DNA of 64,000 bases from an uncultured Actinomycetes bacterium (GCA_963815405.1 CAWFGR010000006.1:10158-74157), one strand, 5' to 3'; counted from the stretch's first letter, positions 21,495 through 32,343 are shown. Program-made: numbers and translations. The notes: generated by a model not told the origin, from the sequence alone.

Positions 21495-21514
21495 TGCTCC
21501 TTGAGAACTGAATA
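21495..21514 (+). promoter_or_regulatory. boxA-like antitermination motif
   Basis: TGCTCCTTGAGAACTGAATA resembles the boxA/processing-stem motif of Gram-positive rrn leaders; AT-rich in a ~70% GC context; 10 nt after the HNH stop. Confidence 0.45.
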
Positions 21515-21572
21515 CGGCGGCCCCGCCATCGAGCACGCACGCGCCCGGGCACGGCGCGCCCGGCGGGAAGCA

Positions 21573-21884
21573 TCAGGACTGCTTGGGGAACCAGAAGCTC
21601 GCGACCGCGTCGAACCACGCGCGGCCAAGGTCGAGGGCGCGCCCGGCTTGGAAGCGCACGAGGAAGGCACCGACCTTGACGGTGTCGTCGGCGCAGAGGA
21701 CGGGCGGGACCAGCACCGCAAGGTTGCCCGGCGACGGCGGCGTCGTCGCGACGTCGAACATCCAGCCCATGATCCGGCCCCGGCACTCCGCGCACGTGTC
21801 GACCTCGGCCAAGCCGACAGCCATCGCGCGCGCGGTCGTGCGCGGCAGCTCTGCGAAGCGTGCCCACGCGTCGGACGCCGTCAC
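21573..21884 (-). CDS. Hypothetical protein with CxxC
   Basis: ORF directly downstream of the aldolase; DTCAECRG; GTG 21884. Confidence 0.5.
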   Translation of the reverse strand: MTASDAWARFAELPRTTARAMAVGLAEVDTCAECRGRIMGWMFDVATTPPSPGNLAVLVPPVLCADDTVKVGAFLVRFQAGRALDLGRAWFDAVASFWFPKQS

Positions 21885-21903
21885 GACTGCCGCAGGCTGA
21901 GAC

Positions 21904-22926
21904 TCAGGACGCGACCGCTTCCATCGCGCTCGAGTACTCACCCCGCGCGGCAGCCGCGTTGAGCTTGGCGCGATGGAGGAACGCTGCGCTTCCCGCCTCG
22001 ACGTTGGCCGGCTCGCCCTTCCACGCCTTGAGCGACGGCGCTTGGAGCGCGCGGCCGTACGAGAAGCTCAGCTTCCAGGGGTGCGGCCCGAGCTTGTTCA
22101 TCGCGTCCAGGTGCGCCGTCGCGAGCTCGTCGCTCTGGCCGCCGGAGAGGAACACGATGCCGGACACCGCCGCCGGTACGAACCAACGGAAGCAGCGCAC
22201 CGTCGCCTGCGCCACCTCCTCGACGCTCGCCTGCCGGGCCGCGGAGTAGCCGGGCATGACCATGTTGGGCTTCAAGAGCATGCCCTCCAGCGACACGCGC
22301 TGCGCGACGAGCTCCTCGAAGACGGCATGGAGCGCGCGGGCCGTCGCGTGGCTGGCCTGCTCGATGGTGTGCTCGCCGTCCATGAGCACCTCGGGCTCCA
22401 CGATCGGCACGATGTCGGCCTCCTGGCACAGCGCCGCGTAACGCGCGAGCACATGACCGTTCACCGACACGCACGTGTCGCTCGGCTTGCCCTTCGCCAC
22501 GGTGTAGGTGGCGCGCCACTTCGCGAAGCGCGCACCGAGCTCCCGGTACTCCGCGAGGCGCTCCCGCAACCCGTCGAGTCCTTCGGTGACGGTCTCGCCA
22601 TCCGACAACGGCAGCGGCTTCGCACCGAGGTCGACCTTGATGCCGGGGATCACGCCCTGGTGAGTCAGCAGCTGCACGAGCGGAGTGCCGTCGACCGCGG
22701 CTTGGCGGATCGTCTCGTCGTAGAGGATCACGCCGCTGATGTACCTGCCGATCTCCGGTGAACGGAAGAGCATCTCGCGGTAGGCACGACGGTTGTCGAC
22801 CGTCGACTCTACGCCGATCGAGTCGAAGCGCTTCTTGATCGTGCCGCTGCTCTCGTCGGCGGCGAGGATTCCCTTGCCGTCGGCGACGAGCTCCTGCGCA
22901 GTCGCGGCGAGGACTTCGAGGTCCAT
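21904..22926 (-). CDS. Class I fructose-bisphosphate aldolase (eukaryote-type)
   Basis: GKGILAADES, FAKWR, VPIVEPEV, Schiff-base LLKPNMV, FLSGGQS, SFSYGRALQ. Confidence 0.95.
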   Translation of the reverse strand: MDLEVLAATAQELVADGKGILAADESSGTIKKRFDSIGVESTVDNRRAYREMLFRSPEIGRYISGVILYDETIRQAAVDGTPLVQLLTHQGVIPGIKVDLGAKPLPLSDGETVTEGLDGLRERLAEYRELGARFAKWRATYTVAKGKPSDTCVSVNGHVLARYAALCQEADIVPIVEPEVLMDGEHTIEQASHATARALHAVFEELVAQRVSLEGMLLKPNMVMPGYSAARQASVEEVAQATVRCFRWFVPAAVSGIVFLSGGQSDELATAHLDAMNKLGPHPWKLSFSYGRALQAPSLKAWKGEPANVEAGSAAFLHRAKLNAAAARGEYSSAMEAVAS

Positions 22927-22928
22927 GT

Positions 22929-24461
22929 TCACTCCCACTCGATCGTGCCCGGGGGCTTGCTGGTGATGTCGTAGGCGACCCGATTGATGCCGGGCACCTC
23001 GTTGATGATGCGCGACGCCATCCGCTCGAGGAGATCGGCGGGGAGGCGCGCCCAGTCGGCGGTCATCGCGTCCTCGGACGTGACGGCGCGGATGATGCAC
23101 GGGTATTCGTAGGTACGGCCGTCGCCCATCACGCCAACCGTGCGGACCGCCGGGAGCACCGCAAAGCTCTGCCAGATCTCCCGCGAGAGGCCCGCCCGGC
23201 GGATCTCTTCGACGACGATCGCGTCGGCTTCGCGCAGCACCTGGAGACGCTCCGTCGTCACGTCACCGACGATGCGGACCGCGAGGCCCGGACCGGGGAA
23301 GGGTTGGCGCCACACGATCTCCTCGGGGAGCCCGAGCTCGGCACCGACCACGCGGACCTCGTCCTTGAACAGGTCGCGCAGCGGCTCGACCAGCTCGAAT
23401 TTCATGTCGTCGGGAAGACCGCCCACGTTGTGGTGCGACTTGATCATCGCGTTGTCGCCGCCGCCCGACTCCACGATGTCGGGATACAACGTGCCCTGCA
23501 CCAGGAATCGCGCGTCCGACAGCTCGGTGGCCGTCTCCTCGAACACGCGGATGAACAGCTCGCCGATGATCTTGCGCTTCCGTTCCGGATCGACGATGCC
23601 TTCGAGGGCAGCGAGGAACCGATCTGCCGCTTTCACGTGCACGAGGTCGACGTGGAACTGCCGGCGAAACGTCTCCTCGACCTGCTCGGGCTCGTGGAGG
23701 CGTAGCAGGCCCGTGTCGACGAACACGCAGACCAGCTGGTCGCCCACCGCCTTGTGCACGAGCGCCGCGGCCACCGCCGAGTCGACGCCACCCGACAGAC
23801 CGCAGATCACACGCTCGGTCCCCACCTGGGCCCGCACGTTCTCGATGGCCTGCTCGATGATCGACGTGTGGGTCCACATCGGCCGGCAATGACAGACGTC
23901 GAAGAGGAACGCTTTGAGCATGTCCTGCCCACGCTCGGTGTGCGCGACCTCGGGATGGAACTGGACGCCGTAGATGGCACGCTCGCGATCCTCGAGCACA
24001 GCCACCGGCGCGCCCGGCGTGGCCGCGGTGACCGCAAATCCGCGGGGCACCTCGACGATCGCATCACCGTGGCTCATCCACACGACCTGCTCGTCGGGCA
24101 GCTCGGCGAGCAGGACCGACGCGCCGGCTGCACGCTGCAGCGGGGTCCGGCCGTACTCGCCACTCCCCGTGCGACGCACCACGCCGCCCAGCTGCTGCGC
24201 CACGAGCTGGGCGCCGTAGCAGATCCCGAGGATCGGAACGCCCGAGTCGTAGACGGCGGGATCGAGGGTCGGCGCGTCGTCGACATGCACCGACGCGGGG
24301 CCACCGGAGAAGATGATCCCCTTCGGATGACGCGCCAGCATGTCGACGAGCGGCATCGTCCTCGGGACGATCTCGGAGTAGACGTGCGCCTCGCGCACGC
24401 GCCGCGCGATCAGCTGCGCGTACTGCGCACCAAAATCCACTATCAGGATCGTGTCCATCAC
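22929..24461 (-). CDS. guaA: GMP synthase (glutamine-hydrolysing)
   Basis: [41 protein letters not shown]. Confidence 0.98.
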   Translation of the reverse strand: MMDTILIVDFGAQYAQLIARRVREAHVYSEIVPRTMPLVDMLARHPKGIIFSGGPASVHVDDAPTLDPAVYDSGVPILGICYGAQLVAQQLGGVVRRTGSGEYGRTPLQRAAGASVLLAELPDEQVVWMSHGDAIVEVPRGFAVTAATPGAPVAVLEDRERAIYGVQFHPEVAHTERGQDMLKAFLFDVCHCRPMWTHTSIIEQAIENVRAQVGTERVICGLSGGVDSAVAAALVHKAVGDQLVCVFVDTGLLRLHEPEQVEETFRRQFHVDLVHVKAADRFLAALEGIVDPERKRKIIGELFIRVFEETATELSDARFLVQGTLYPDIVESGGGDNAMIKSHHNVGGLPDDMKFELVEPLRDLFKDEVRVVGAELGLPEEIVWRQPFPGPGLAVRIVGDVTTERLQVLREADAIVVEEIRRAGLSREIWQSFAVLPAVRTVGVMGDGRTYEYPCIIRAVTSEDAMTADWARLPADLLERMASRIINEVPGINRVAYDITSKPPGTIEWE

Positions 24462-24492
24462 GCGACGGTCGTTCGCCAGCGCAGGGTGTGCG

Positions 24493-25655
24493 CTATCGCC
24501 CCATGCCGATGCCTTGCGCGCGCTGCAGCGACTTTCCTTCGGTCTGCAGCGACGGCGCGACCATCACCTCGGCCTTCTGGAACTCCTTGACCGTCTCGTA
24601 GCCGGTCGTCGCCATCGACGTGCGCAGCGCGCCGAAGAGGTTGAGCGTGCCGTCGTTCTCGTGCGCCGGACCGACGAGCACCTCGGCCAGCGTCGCCTTC
24701 CGGCCCGCGTTGACGCGTGCGCCCCGCGGCAGCGTGGGGTGGAACGTCGCCATGCCCCAGTGGTAGCCACGACCGGGCGCTTCGTACGCCTGCCGCGAGC
24801 GGCGAGCCGATCATCACCGAATCGGCACCGCATGCGATCGCCTTGGCGACGTCGCCGCCCGTGCGCATCCCGCCGTCGGCGATCACGTGCACGTACACGC
24901 CGGTCTCGTCGAGGTGGCGCATGCGCGCACCCGCAGCATCGGCAATCGCGGTCGCCTGCGGCACGCCGATGCCGAGCACGCCACGGCTCGTGCACGCGTG
25001 GCCCGGACCGACGCCCACGAGCACACCCACGGCGCCGGTGCGCATCGAGGTGCAGCGCGGTCGAGTACGACGCGCAGCCTCCGACGATGACCGGGATCTC
25101 GAACTCGCGAATGAACTTCTTCAGGTTGAGCGGTTCCGTCGTCTTCGAGACGTGCTCGGCGGAGACGACCGTGCCTTGGATGACCAACAGGTCGAGCTCG
25201 CCGGCAAGCACGTGCGATGCGTACTGCTCGACGCGCTGGGGCGTGAGCGACGCGCACGTCACCACACCGGCGTCCTTGATCTCGCGGATACGCACGCCGA
25301 TCAGCTCGGGCTTGATGGGCTCCGAGTAGATCTCCTGCATGCGGCGCGTCGCCTTCTCGGCGGGCAGCTCTGCGATCTCCTCGAAGAGCGGTTCGGGATC
25401 CTCGTACCGGGTCCACAGCCCTTCGAGGTTCAGGCAGGCGAGCCCACCAAGATGGCCCACCTCGATGGCGGTGCGCGGCGAGACGACACCGTCCATAGCG
25501 CTCGCGATCACGGGGAGGTCGAAGTGGAACGCATCGACCTCCCAGGAGATGTCGACGTCCTCGGGGTCGCGCGTGCGGCGGCTGGGGACGATGGCGATGT
25601 CGTCGAACCCGTAGGCTCGGCGGCCGGACTTGCCGATGCCGATCTCGACTTCCAC
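24493..25655 (-). CDS. guaB3: GuaB3-family IMP dehydrogenase-related protein, frameshifted
   Basis: [40 protein letters not shown]; two indels (~25045, ~24785); AGGAGG RBS. Confidence 0.9.
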
Positions 25656-25717
25656 CCGCTACCTCCTGGGGAAGGGTCGAGGATACCGCTCCGCTCGGGC
25701 GCGGCGATCCATCGGCA

Positions 25718-26420
25718 CTACGAGATCGTGGTCTTCGTGAGATCCGCGAGGAGCCGAGTCAGGATGCGCGCCGTCGCCCCCCAGACGACGTCCTCGCCCA
25801 CCTCGTACAGACAGACGGCATACAGGCCCCGTTCGGGGAGCTCCCAGTGCTCCTCACGGAAGACGCCGTCGGCCAGGAGCTCGGAGACGGCGGCGTCGAA
25901 GACGTGATCCACCTCGCGGGGGTCGGGGACCAGATCGGGCCGTCCGCCCGCCACGAGCCCGACAAAGGGCGCGATGTGGAACTTGCTCCCCGTGGTGCCC
26001 AGCGAATCGAGCTCGGCGACCACGTCCACGAGACCGGGATCGAGACCGATCTCCTCGCGCGCCTCGCGGAGCGCGGTGTCGCGCGGCGATCGGTCGACCG
26101 TCTCGTCGAGCTTGCCTCCGGGGAACGCCACCTCTCCTTGGTGGTCGGGCATGGAGTCGGGACGCCGCGTGAACACGATCCGGGCCTCGCCCTGCTCTTC
26201 GAAGATGGGCACGAGGACCGCCGCCGGACGCGACGAGGGGTCGCCCGGCGCTTGGCAGGGCGACCCCAGCTGGGCGCAGCGCGCCCGGACATCGTCGAGA
26301 TCGAAGGTGCGCCGATCGGGCGCCAGCCCGACCCACGGGGCAGGACCTCCCGGCTGGAACGATGCCGGACGAGGGAGACGCTGCCGGCTCCGGCCGGTCG
26401 AACCTTCGGGAACGGGTGGA
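25718..26420 (-). CDS. NUDIX CoA pyrophosphatase (start codon not evident)
   Basis: [26 protein letters not shown] Nudix box, VWGATA. The frame stays open up to groES with no start codon before 26212. Confidence 0.8.
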
Positions 26421-26421
26421 C

Positions 26422-26733
26422 CTACTTCTTCTTCTTGACCCCGCCCGCGAGCTTGGCGAGCACGTCGCGGCTCGACAGGACCAAGAGGTCTTCGCCGTCG
26501 ACGGAGACCTCGGTGCCGCCGTACTTCGAGTAGAGGACCACGTCGCCCACCACGACGTCGACCGGGATGAGCTCACCGGTCTGGTCGGAGCGGCGGCCCG
26601 GGCCCACCGCGAGGACCTCGCCCTGCTGGGGCTTCTCCTTGGCGGTGTCGGGGATCACGAGGCCGCTCACCGTCATCTCCTCGGCCTCACCGGGCCGGAC
26701 AACGATGCGATCCTCGAGCGGTTGCAGGTTCAT
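26422..26733 (-). CDS. groES: Co-chaperonin GroES
   Basis: [43 protein letters not shown]. Confidence 0.98.
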   Translation of the reverse strand: MNLQPLEDRIVVRPGEAEEMTVSGLVIPDTAKEKPQQGEVLAVGPGRRSDQTGELIPVDVVVGDVVLYSKYGGTEVSVDGEDLLVLSSRDVLAKLAGGVKKKK

Positions 26734-26782
26734 GGGCGCTTCCTCCTGCGGAATCCACGGGACTCCGATGCTTTCGCGAGCA

Positions 26783-26809
26783 TTAGCACTCGGGGAATGT
26801 GAGTGCTAA
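26783..26809. promoter_or_regulatory. CIRCE element (HrcA operator)
   Basis: Perfect TTAGCACTC-N9-GAGTGCTAA, ~50 nt upstream of groES. Confidence 0.95.
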
Positions 26810-26889
26810 GTCACGGTACCAGCACCTCAGTCCGCGCGGCAAGCCGGTCTCTCGCTCTCGGCCCTTCGGGCCAGGCCGCTCGGGTCACA

Positions 26890-26929
26890 GCTCGCTGCGC
26901 CGCAGGGTACCTGCGGCGCGACCGCTCGC
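26890..26929. repeat. REP-like hairpin element
   Basis: GCGCCGCAGG-gta-CCTGCGGCGC flanked by GCTCGC motifs, downstream of tsaD. Confidence 0.55.
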
Positions 26930-26936
26930 CTTCTGG

Positions 26937-27929
26937 TCAAGACGTCGGAAGGCGCAGGTTCGGGTCGGCGCCGGCGTCGAGGGGAGTGGGGCCATCGGAG
27001 CGGTACCGCCACCACGCGGCCGCCGCGACCATCGCGGCGTTGTCGGTGCAGAGCGACCGCGGCGGCAGGAACGCACGCCGCCCCGACTCCGCCGCAGCGA
27101 CCGAGACGCGGGCCCGGAGGCGCGTGTTCGCCGAGACCCCGCCGCCGAGGACCAGCGTCGTCGCCCGCGCCTCGTCGGCGACTGCCACCAGCTTGTGGAC
27201 GAGCTGGTCGACGACGGCCTCTTGGAACGAAGCGGCCACGTCGGCGATCGAGGCTTCGGGATGGCGGCGCACGTGGTTCACGACCGCGGTCTTGAGCCCC
27301 GCGAAGGAGAAGTTGGCGGTCCCCGGCATGGCGCGCGGGAACGCGATCGCGTCCGCGTCGCCGTTCCCGGCCAGGCGGTCGATTGCCGGTCCTCCCGGGT
27401 ACCCGAGCCCGAGGTACCGCGCCACCTTGTCGAACGCCTCCCCCGCCGCGTCGTCGACCGTCTCGCCCGCGAGCCGATAGCGGCCGTGACCTTCCATCAC
27501 CACGATCATCGTGTGACCGCCCGAGACCAAGAGCACCGCGAGCGGGAACGCGAGGTCCGGCTCTTCGAGCCAGCCCGCGTACAGGTGCGCCTCGAGGTGG
27601 TTCACGCCGATGTAGGGCAGGTCCGCGGCGACTGCGAGCGCCTTCGCCGCGCTCACACCGACGAGCAGCGCGCCGGCAAGCCCCGGCCCGTGACACGCGG
27701 CGACCGCGTCGAGGTCGCCGAGCTCGACGCCCGCTTCGACCAGCGCGTCCGCAAGCACGCCACCCAGAGTTTCGACGTGTGCGCGGCTCGCGACTTCGGG
27801 CACCACCCCGCCGAAGCGCGCGTGCAGGTCGATCTGGCTCGAGACGACCGAGGAGAGGACGCGCCGACCGTCCTCCACCACCGCTGCCGCGGTCTCGTCA
27901 CACGACGTCTCGATCCCGAGGATCCGCAT
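26937..27929 (-). CDS. tsaD: tRNA N6-adenosine threonylcarbamoyltransferase
   Basis: ILGIETSCDET, GGVVPEVASRAH, NHLEAH, VSGGHT, DDAAGEAFDK, TDNAAM. Confidence 0.97.
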   Translation of the reverse strand: MRILGIETSCDETAAAVVEDGRRVLSSVVSSQIDLHARFGGVVPEVASRAHVETLGGVLADALVEAGVELGDLDAVAACHGPGLAGALLVGVSAAKALAVAADLPYIGVNHLEAHLYAGWLEEPDLAFPLAVLLVSGGHTMIVVMEGHGRYRLAGETVDDAAGEAFDKVARYLGLGYPGGPAIDRLAGNGDADAIAFPRAMPGTANFSFAGLKTAVVNHVRRHPEASIADVAASFQEAVVDQLVHKLVAVADEARATTLVLGGGVSANTRLRARVSVAAAESGRRAFLPPRSLCTDNAAMVAAAAWWRYRSDGPTPLDAGADPNLRLPTS

Positions 27930-28486
27930 CACGCGCGCCGCGGTGTCTCGATGATGGTGTCACCCGGGATGGTGCGCTCGATCGAGTCGAGGAGCTGCGA
28001 GTACTCGGGACGGTGCACGTCGTGCACCCACATGACCAGCGCGTCCTCGTTGGTCTCCTGGTAGTAGCCCTTGCGCACCCCGACCGGGGAGAACCCGAAC
28101 CGGCGGTAGAGGTCCTGCGCGCCCGAGTTCGACATGCGGACCTCGAGGGTCATCCCTGTCGCGCCGCGCTCGACCGCTTCGCGTGCGAGCGCCAGCAGCA
28201 ACCGGGTCCCGATGCCTTGGCGATGCCAGCGGGGGTCGACGGCGACGGTCGTGACGTGGCCTTCGTCCAGCGTCATCATGAGTCCCGCATAGCCGACGAT
28301 GTCGCGGCCCACGCGCGCGACGACGTAGAGGCGGCTGGTGCGCATCGCGAGCTCGCTCAGGAACAGCGACGTGCTCCACGGGCGCGCGTACACCTCCTGC
28401 TCGATCCGCAGGACGGACCGCAGGTGCCGCCGTCGCATCGGCACGACGTGCACCGTGAGCAGCTCCGGCCCGGCTTCCGCGGCCAT
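27929..28486 (-). CDS. rimI: Ribosomal-protein-alanine N-acetyltransferase
   Basis: HVTTVAVDP..RQGIG, TLEVRMSN..AQDLY..GF..RKGYY..EDALVM. Confidence 0.93.
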   Translation of the reverse strand: MAAEAGPELLTVHVVPMRRRHLRSVLRIEQEVYARPWSTSLFLSELAMRTSRLYVVARVGRDIVGYAGLMMTLDEGHVTTVAVDPRWHRQGIGTRLLLALAREAVERGATGMTLEVRMSNSGAQDLYRRFGFSPVGVRKGYYQETNEDALVMWVHDVHRPEYSQLLDSIERTIPGDTIIETPRRA

Positions 28487-29193
28487 CAGGCGACCCGCTC
28501 GATCATCGGGTGCCCCACGCGATCTCCGCGTCGCTCTGACGCAGGTACATCGGACGGACGTCCCACGGCGGTGCGAAGTCCTCGCGCTCGGCCCGTGCCG
28601 TCGCGAGCTCGACGAGCGCGACCGCACTGGGCGCATCGAAGGCGGGCCCGGCAAGCTCTGCGTGCTCCAACCCGTCGAGCTCCGCCGCGGTAACGCCGAG
28701 CGCCGTCGCCCGCGAGCAGGATGTCGCCCGGCTCGGCCTCGAGGTCGGCGACCAGGTCCGCCGGCGTACGCACCTGGTACTCCGACACGCGCTGCACGCC
28801 GCCCGGGACCGAGCGGTAGCTGGCGTCGAACACCTCGTGACGGCGGGCGTCGAGCACCACGACGATCCGGCGCGAGCAGTACCGGAGCGGATACGCCACG
28901 AGGTCGAGGCTGGAGATGCCGACGACGGGGACGCGGAGCGCCTGCGCCATGATCTTGGCGGTCGTCACCCCGACGCGGAGCCCGGTGAACAGGCCCGGGC
29001 CGAGTCCCACGCCGATCGCAGAGATCCGGTCGAGCCGCACGTCGAGCTCCGCGCAGAGCGCCCGAATCGTGGGCGCGAGCTGCTCCGCATGGCGACGGCC
29101 GCCCGACAGCACGACCGAGCCCAGCACCTCGCCCGCCTCGCCGATCGCCACCGACACGCGCGAGGTGGCGGTGTCGATCCCGAGGACGATCAC
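28486..29193 (-). CDS. tsaB: tRNA threonylcarbamoyladenosine biosynthesis protein TsaB, frameshifted near 28690
   Basis: LGIDTAT, RHAEQL, GPGLFTGLRVG, DARRHEV. Confidence 0.92.
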   Translation of the reverse strand: MIVLGIDTATSRVSVAIGEAGEVLGSVVLSGGRRHAEQLAPTIRALCAELDVRLDRISAIGVGLGPGLFTGLRVGVTTAKIMAQALRVPVVGISSLDLVAYPLRYCSRRIVVVLDARRHEVFDASYRSVPGGVQRVSEYQVRTPADLVADLEAEPGDILLAGDGARRYRGGARRVGARRACRARLRCAQCGRARRARDGTGRARGLRTAVGRPSDVPASERRGDRVGHPMIERVA

Positions 29194-29690
29194 GTGTCGG
29201 CACCGTCCGCCGGCGACGCGAGGAGCTCGAGCGCCTCACGCCGTGCCGTCCAGCATCGACCGAACGCCTCGAGCGTCACCGTCCGGTCGTCGTCGGCGCT
29301 GTCGACATTCGCGAGCTCGAGGCGGATGTCGAGCCGGTCGACCGGGAGCAGGCTGCCGACGCGATCGCCCCACTCGATCACCGCGACCGCCGGGCCGCCG
29401 AGGAGGTCGTCGAAGCCGAGGTCGTGCAGCTCCTGGAGGTGGTCGAGCCGGTACACATCGACGTGGACCAGCGGGAGCCGACCCCGGTATTCCCGCACGA
29501 TCGTGAACGTTGGGCTCACGACGGGATCGGTGACACCGAGCCCACGTGCAATTCCCTTCGTCAGCACGGTCTTGCCCGTGCCGAGCTCACCCACGAGGAC
29601 GACGACGTCACCGGCGCGCAACAAGCGGCCGATCGCCTCACCCAACGCCAACGTCTCGCCGGCACTCCGGGTCGCGGTCGTCACGCTCAT
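29190..29690 (-). CDS. tsaE: tRNA threonylcarbamoyladenosine ATPase TsaE
   Basis: GELGTGKT, VSPTF, HVDVYRL, IEWG. Confidence 0.93.
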   Translation of the reverse strand: MSVTTATRSAGETLALGEAIGRLLRAGDVVVLVGELGTGKTVLTKGIARGLGVTDPVVSPTFTIVREYRGRLPLVHVDVYRLDHLQELHDLGFDDLLGGPAVAVIEWGDRVGSLLPVDRLDIRLELANVDSADDDRTVTLEAFGRCWTARREALELLASPADGADT

Positions 29691-30274
29691 CGGCCGCGTT
29701 CCAGCGCGCGCTTGACGACGACGAAGTCGGCGCGGGCCTGCGCGAGCGCGGTCCCTCCGTTGCGCAGCACCGCCGCGGGGTGGAACGTGGGGATGAGCAC
29801 CGAACGTTCGCGGAACGGGAACTCGCGCCCACGGAGACGGGTGATGCCCTCCTTCGCGTCGAGGAGGAGCTTCGTCGCGAAGTTGCCGAGCGTGACGACC
29901 ACCGCCGGGTCGATGAACGCGAGCTGTGCGGCGAGGTACGGCCGGCACTGCTCGATCTCGAGCGGCAGCGGGTCGCGGTTGGCGGGCGGCCGGCACTTCA
30001 CGACGTTCGCGATGTAGACGGAGTCGCGACGAAGGCCGATGCCTTCGATGAGCGCAGTCAGGAGCTGACCGGCCCGTCCGACGAAGGGAACGCCCGTCGC
30101 GTCCTCCCGCTCCCCCGGTCCCTCGCCCACGAACATGAGCGCCGCATCGGGGTCACCGGCGCCGAACACGACCTGGGTCCGGGTCTCGGCGAGCGGGCAG
30201 CGAGTGCAACCGAGCGCTTCCCGCTCCAACTCGGCGAGCGACACGAACTGCGGCGGTTCGAGATCGAGTGGCAC
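29687..30274 (-). CDS. Uracil-DNA glycosylase family 4 ([4Fe-4S])
   Basis: [34 protein letters not shown]. Confidence 0.92.
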   Translation of the reverse strand: MPLDLEPPQFVSLAELEREALGCTRCPLAETRTQVVFGAGDPDAALMFVGEGPGEREDATGVPFVGRAGQLLTALIEGIGLRRDSVYIANVVKCRPPANRDPLPLEIEQCRPYLAAQLAFIDPAVVVTLGNFATKLLLDAKEGITRLRGREFPFRERSVLIPTFHPAAVLRNGGTALAQARADFVVVKRALERGR

Positions 30275-30372
30275 GAAGGCACCCTCACCGGATCGACAGC
30301 ACCGGCCGGACCGGGCGAACAACGCTTCGATGCTAGGCCACCCCAGCGCGCCGCCGTTCCCGGCGGTGCGCC

Positions 30373-30840
30373 TCACGTCGTGGCGGAGAGGTGGCGCACG
30401 AGGTCCCCGCGGGTGGCGATCCCCACGAGGCGCCCGTCGCTGACCACGGGCACGTGGGTTGCACCCTGTTCGTGCATCACGGTCGCGAGCGCTTCGAGCG
30501 AGTCTTCGGGCGAGACAGTGGCGAACTCGGTGGTCATGACCTCCGCGATCGTGGCCGCCGCGATGCGACGCAGCTCACCCTCGAATCGGTGCATCGATCC
30601 GGGAAGCACGAGCTCCACGCCGAGGAAGCTGATCACGGTGGGGACGTGCAGGCGCGCTTCGCTCACGATGAGGTCGTCGTCGCGCAGCAGCCCGACCAGC
30701 CGATCACCGTCGAGGACCGGCGCCGCCCCGATACCGCGGTCCGCGAGGACGTCCGCCGCCTCCTCGACGGTCTGGTCGGGGCGCAGCGTCACGACGGGCG
30801 TCGTCATCACGTCCCGCACGGTGGGGCTGCTGTCGGGCAT
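30373..30840 (-). CDS. CBS-pair protein
   Basis: Two CBS repeats (VRDVMT..; [17 protein letters not shown]); GAGGAG RBS. Confidence 0.88.
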   Translation of the reverse strand: MPDSSPTVRDVMTTPVVTLRPDQTVEEAADVLADRGIGAAPVLDGDRLVGLLRDDDLIVSEARLHVPTVISFLGVELVLPGSMHRFEGELRRIAAATIAEVMTTEFATVSPEDSLEALATVMHEQGATHVPVVSDGRLVGIATRGDLVRHLSATT

Positions 30841-30866
30841 CGCGCGCTCCTCGATCAAAGGGTGGG

Positions 30867-32341
30867 TCATCGTGGCCCGGACGGCGTCGGCCGCGGTCCG
30901 GTGCTTCCAGCGCCCGCAGGCTACGCGGCAAGGTCACCAGGAGATCCGATGCGACGAGGCTGGCGCCGCCGAGCCACGAGGCGGCGCGGTCACCGGCATC
31001 ACCGTGCACCCATGCCGCCGCGCACGCGGCACGGAACGGGTCGGCTCCGCGGGCGAGGAACGCGGCAACGATGCCCGTCAGCACGTCACCGGTCCCTGCG
31101 GTTGCGAGCGCCGACGTGCCCGTCACGGAGATCGCGGCGCGGCCGTCGGGTGCGGCGACGACGGTCCCGGGACCCTTGAGCACCACGACGGCACCGGTCG
31201 TCTCCGCGAGCTGTCTCGCCGCCCCCACCCGGTCTCCCCCGACCGAGGCACCCGCCATGCGTGCGTACTCCCCGTCGTGCGGGGTGAGGACCGTCGGCGC
31301 CTCGCGCCGCCGCAGGACGAGCAGGTCGCCGTCGAGCGCGTTGAGCCCGTCGGCGTCGAGGACCACCGGGATCGGGGCTCGGGCGAGCAGCTCCACGGCA
31401 TGCTGGCGGACCTCGGGGTCGATGCCGAGGCCCGGACCGAGGGCGAGGGCACCGAAGCGCGACAGCGAATCGACCACGGTGTGGACGGCCTCGGTGCTCG
31501 CGAGACCGTGGGCAGGCAACGTCCGGGTGATCACCTCGGAGCCCGACGCCGCGGGCGGCACCCCCTCGGGCAGCCAGCACCACACCATTCCTGCGCCGGC
31601 CCGCATGGCGCCCCGTGACGTGAGCATGGGCGCACCGCCGAGACCGGGCGCCCCACCCACCACCGCGACCGCCGCAAACCACTTGTGCGCGGCGGGCGGG
31701 CGGCGCACGACACCCTCCTCCGCGTCGCGCCGACCCACCAGCGCGAGCGGGGGTGCCGTGCCTCCGTCGGGCCCCAGGTCGATCCCGATGTCGGCGACCG
31801 TGACCCGCCCCGCGTGCGAGCGGCCAGGTTCGAACAGCAGGCCAGGCTTGCGGGCCGCGAACGTCACCGTGTGGCCGGCGCGCACCGCCACGGTGCCCAC
31901 CGCCCCAGTCGTCCCGTCGACGCCCGAGGGGATGTCGACCGCGATCGTCGTCCCCGCCCACGAGGACAGTCGGTCGGCCACCCACGCGGCGTCCCCGTCG
32001 AGCTCGGTGCGCAACCCGGTACCGAACATCGCGTCGACGGCAAGGTGCGCAGTCCGGAGGGCACGCTCGAACTGTGACCGGTCGAGCTCGCCAAGCGCGA
32101 CCTGCGTCACCGACATCCCCCAGCCGCGCAGCACGCGAGCCGCGACCATGCCGTCGGCCCCGTTGTTGCCCTTGCCGCACACCACGAGCACCCGGTGTCC
32201 GTACCGACCACGCGCGAGACGGCGCACCTCCCACGCGACGGCACGTCCGGCGCGCTCGACCAGCACCTCCTCGGGCGTGCCGGCCGCGATGGTGCGGCGA
32301 TCGGCTTCGGCCATGGCCGCCGGGGTGACGACCGCTTCCAT
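30867..32341 (-). CDS. nnr: Bifunctional NAD(P)HX epimerase/dehydratase (3' end approximate)
   Basis: GKGNNGADG, DAMFGTG, AVDIPSG, GPGLG, DADGLN, LTPHDGE, LATAGTGDVL. The ORF runs on into the CBS gene, so the true end is uncertain. Confidence 0.9.
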
Positions 32342-32343
32342 GC

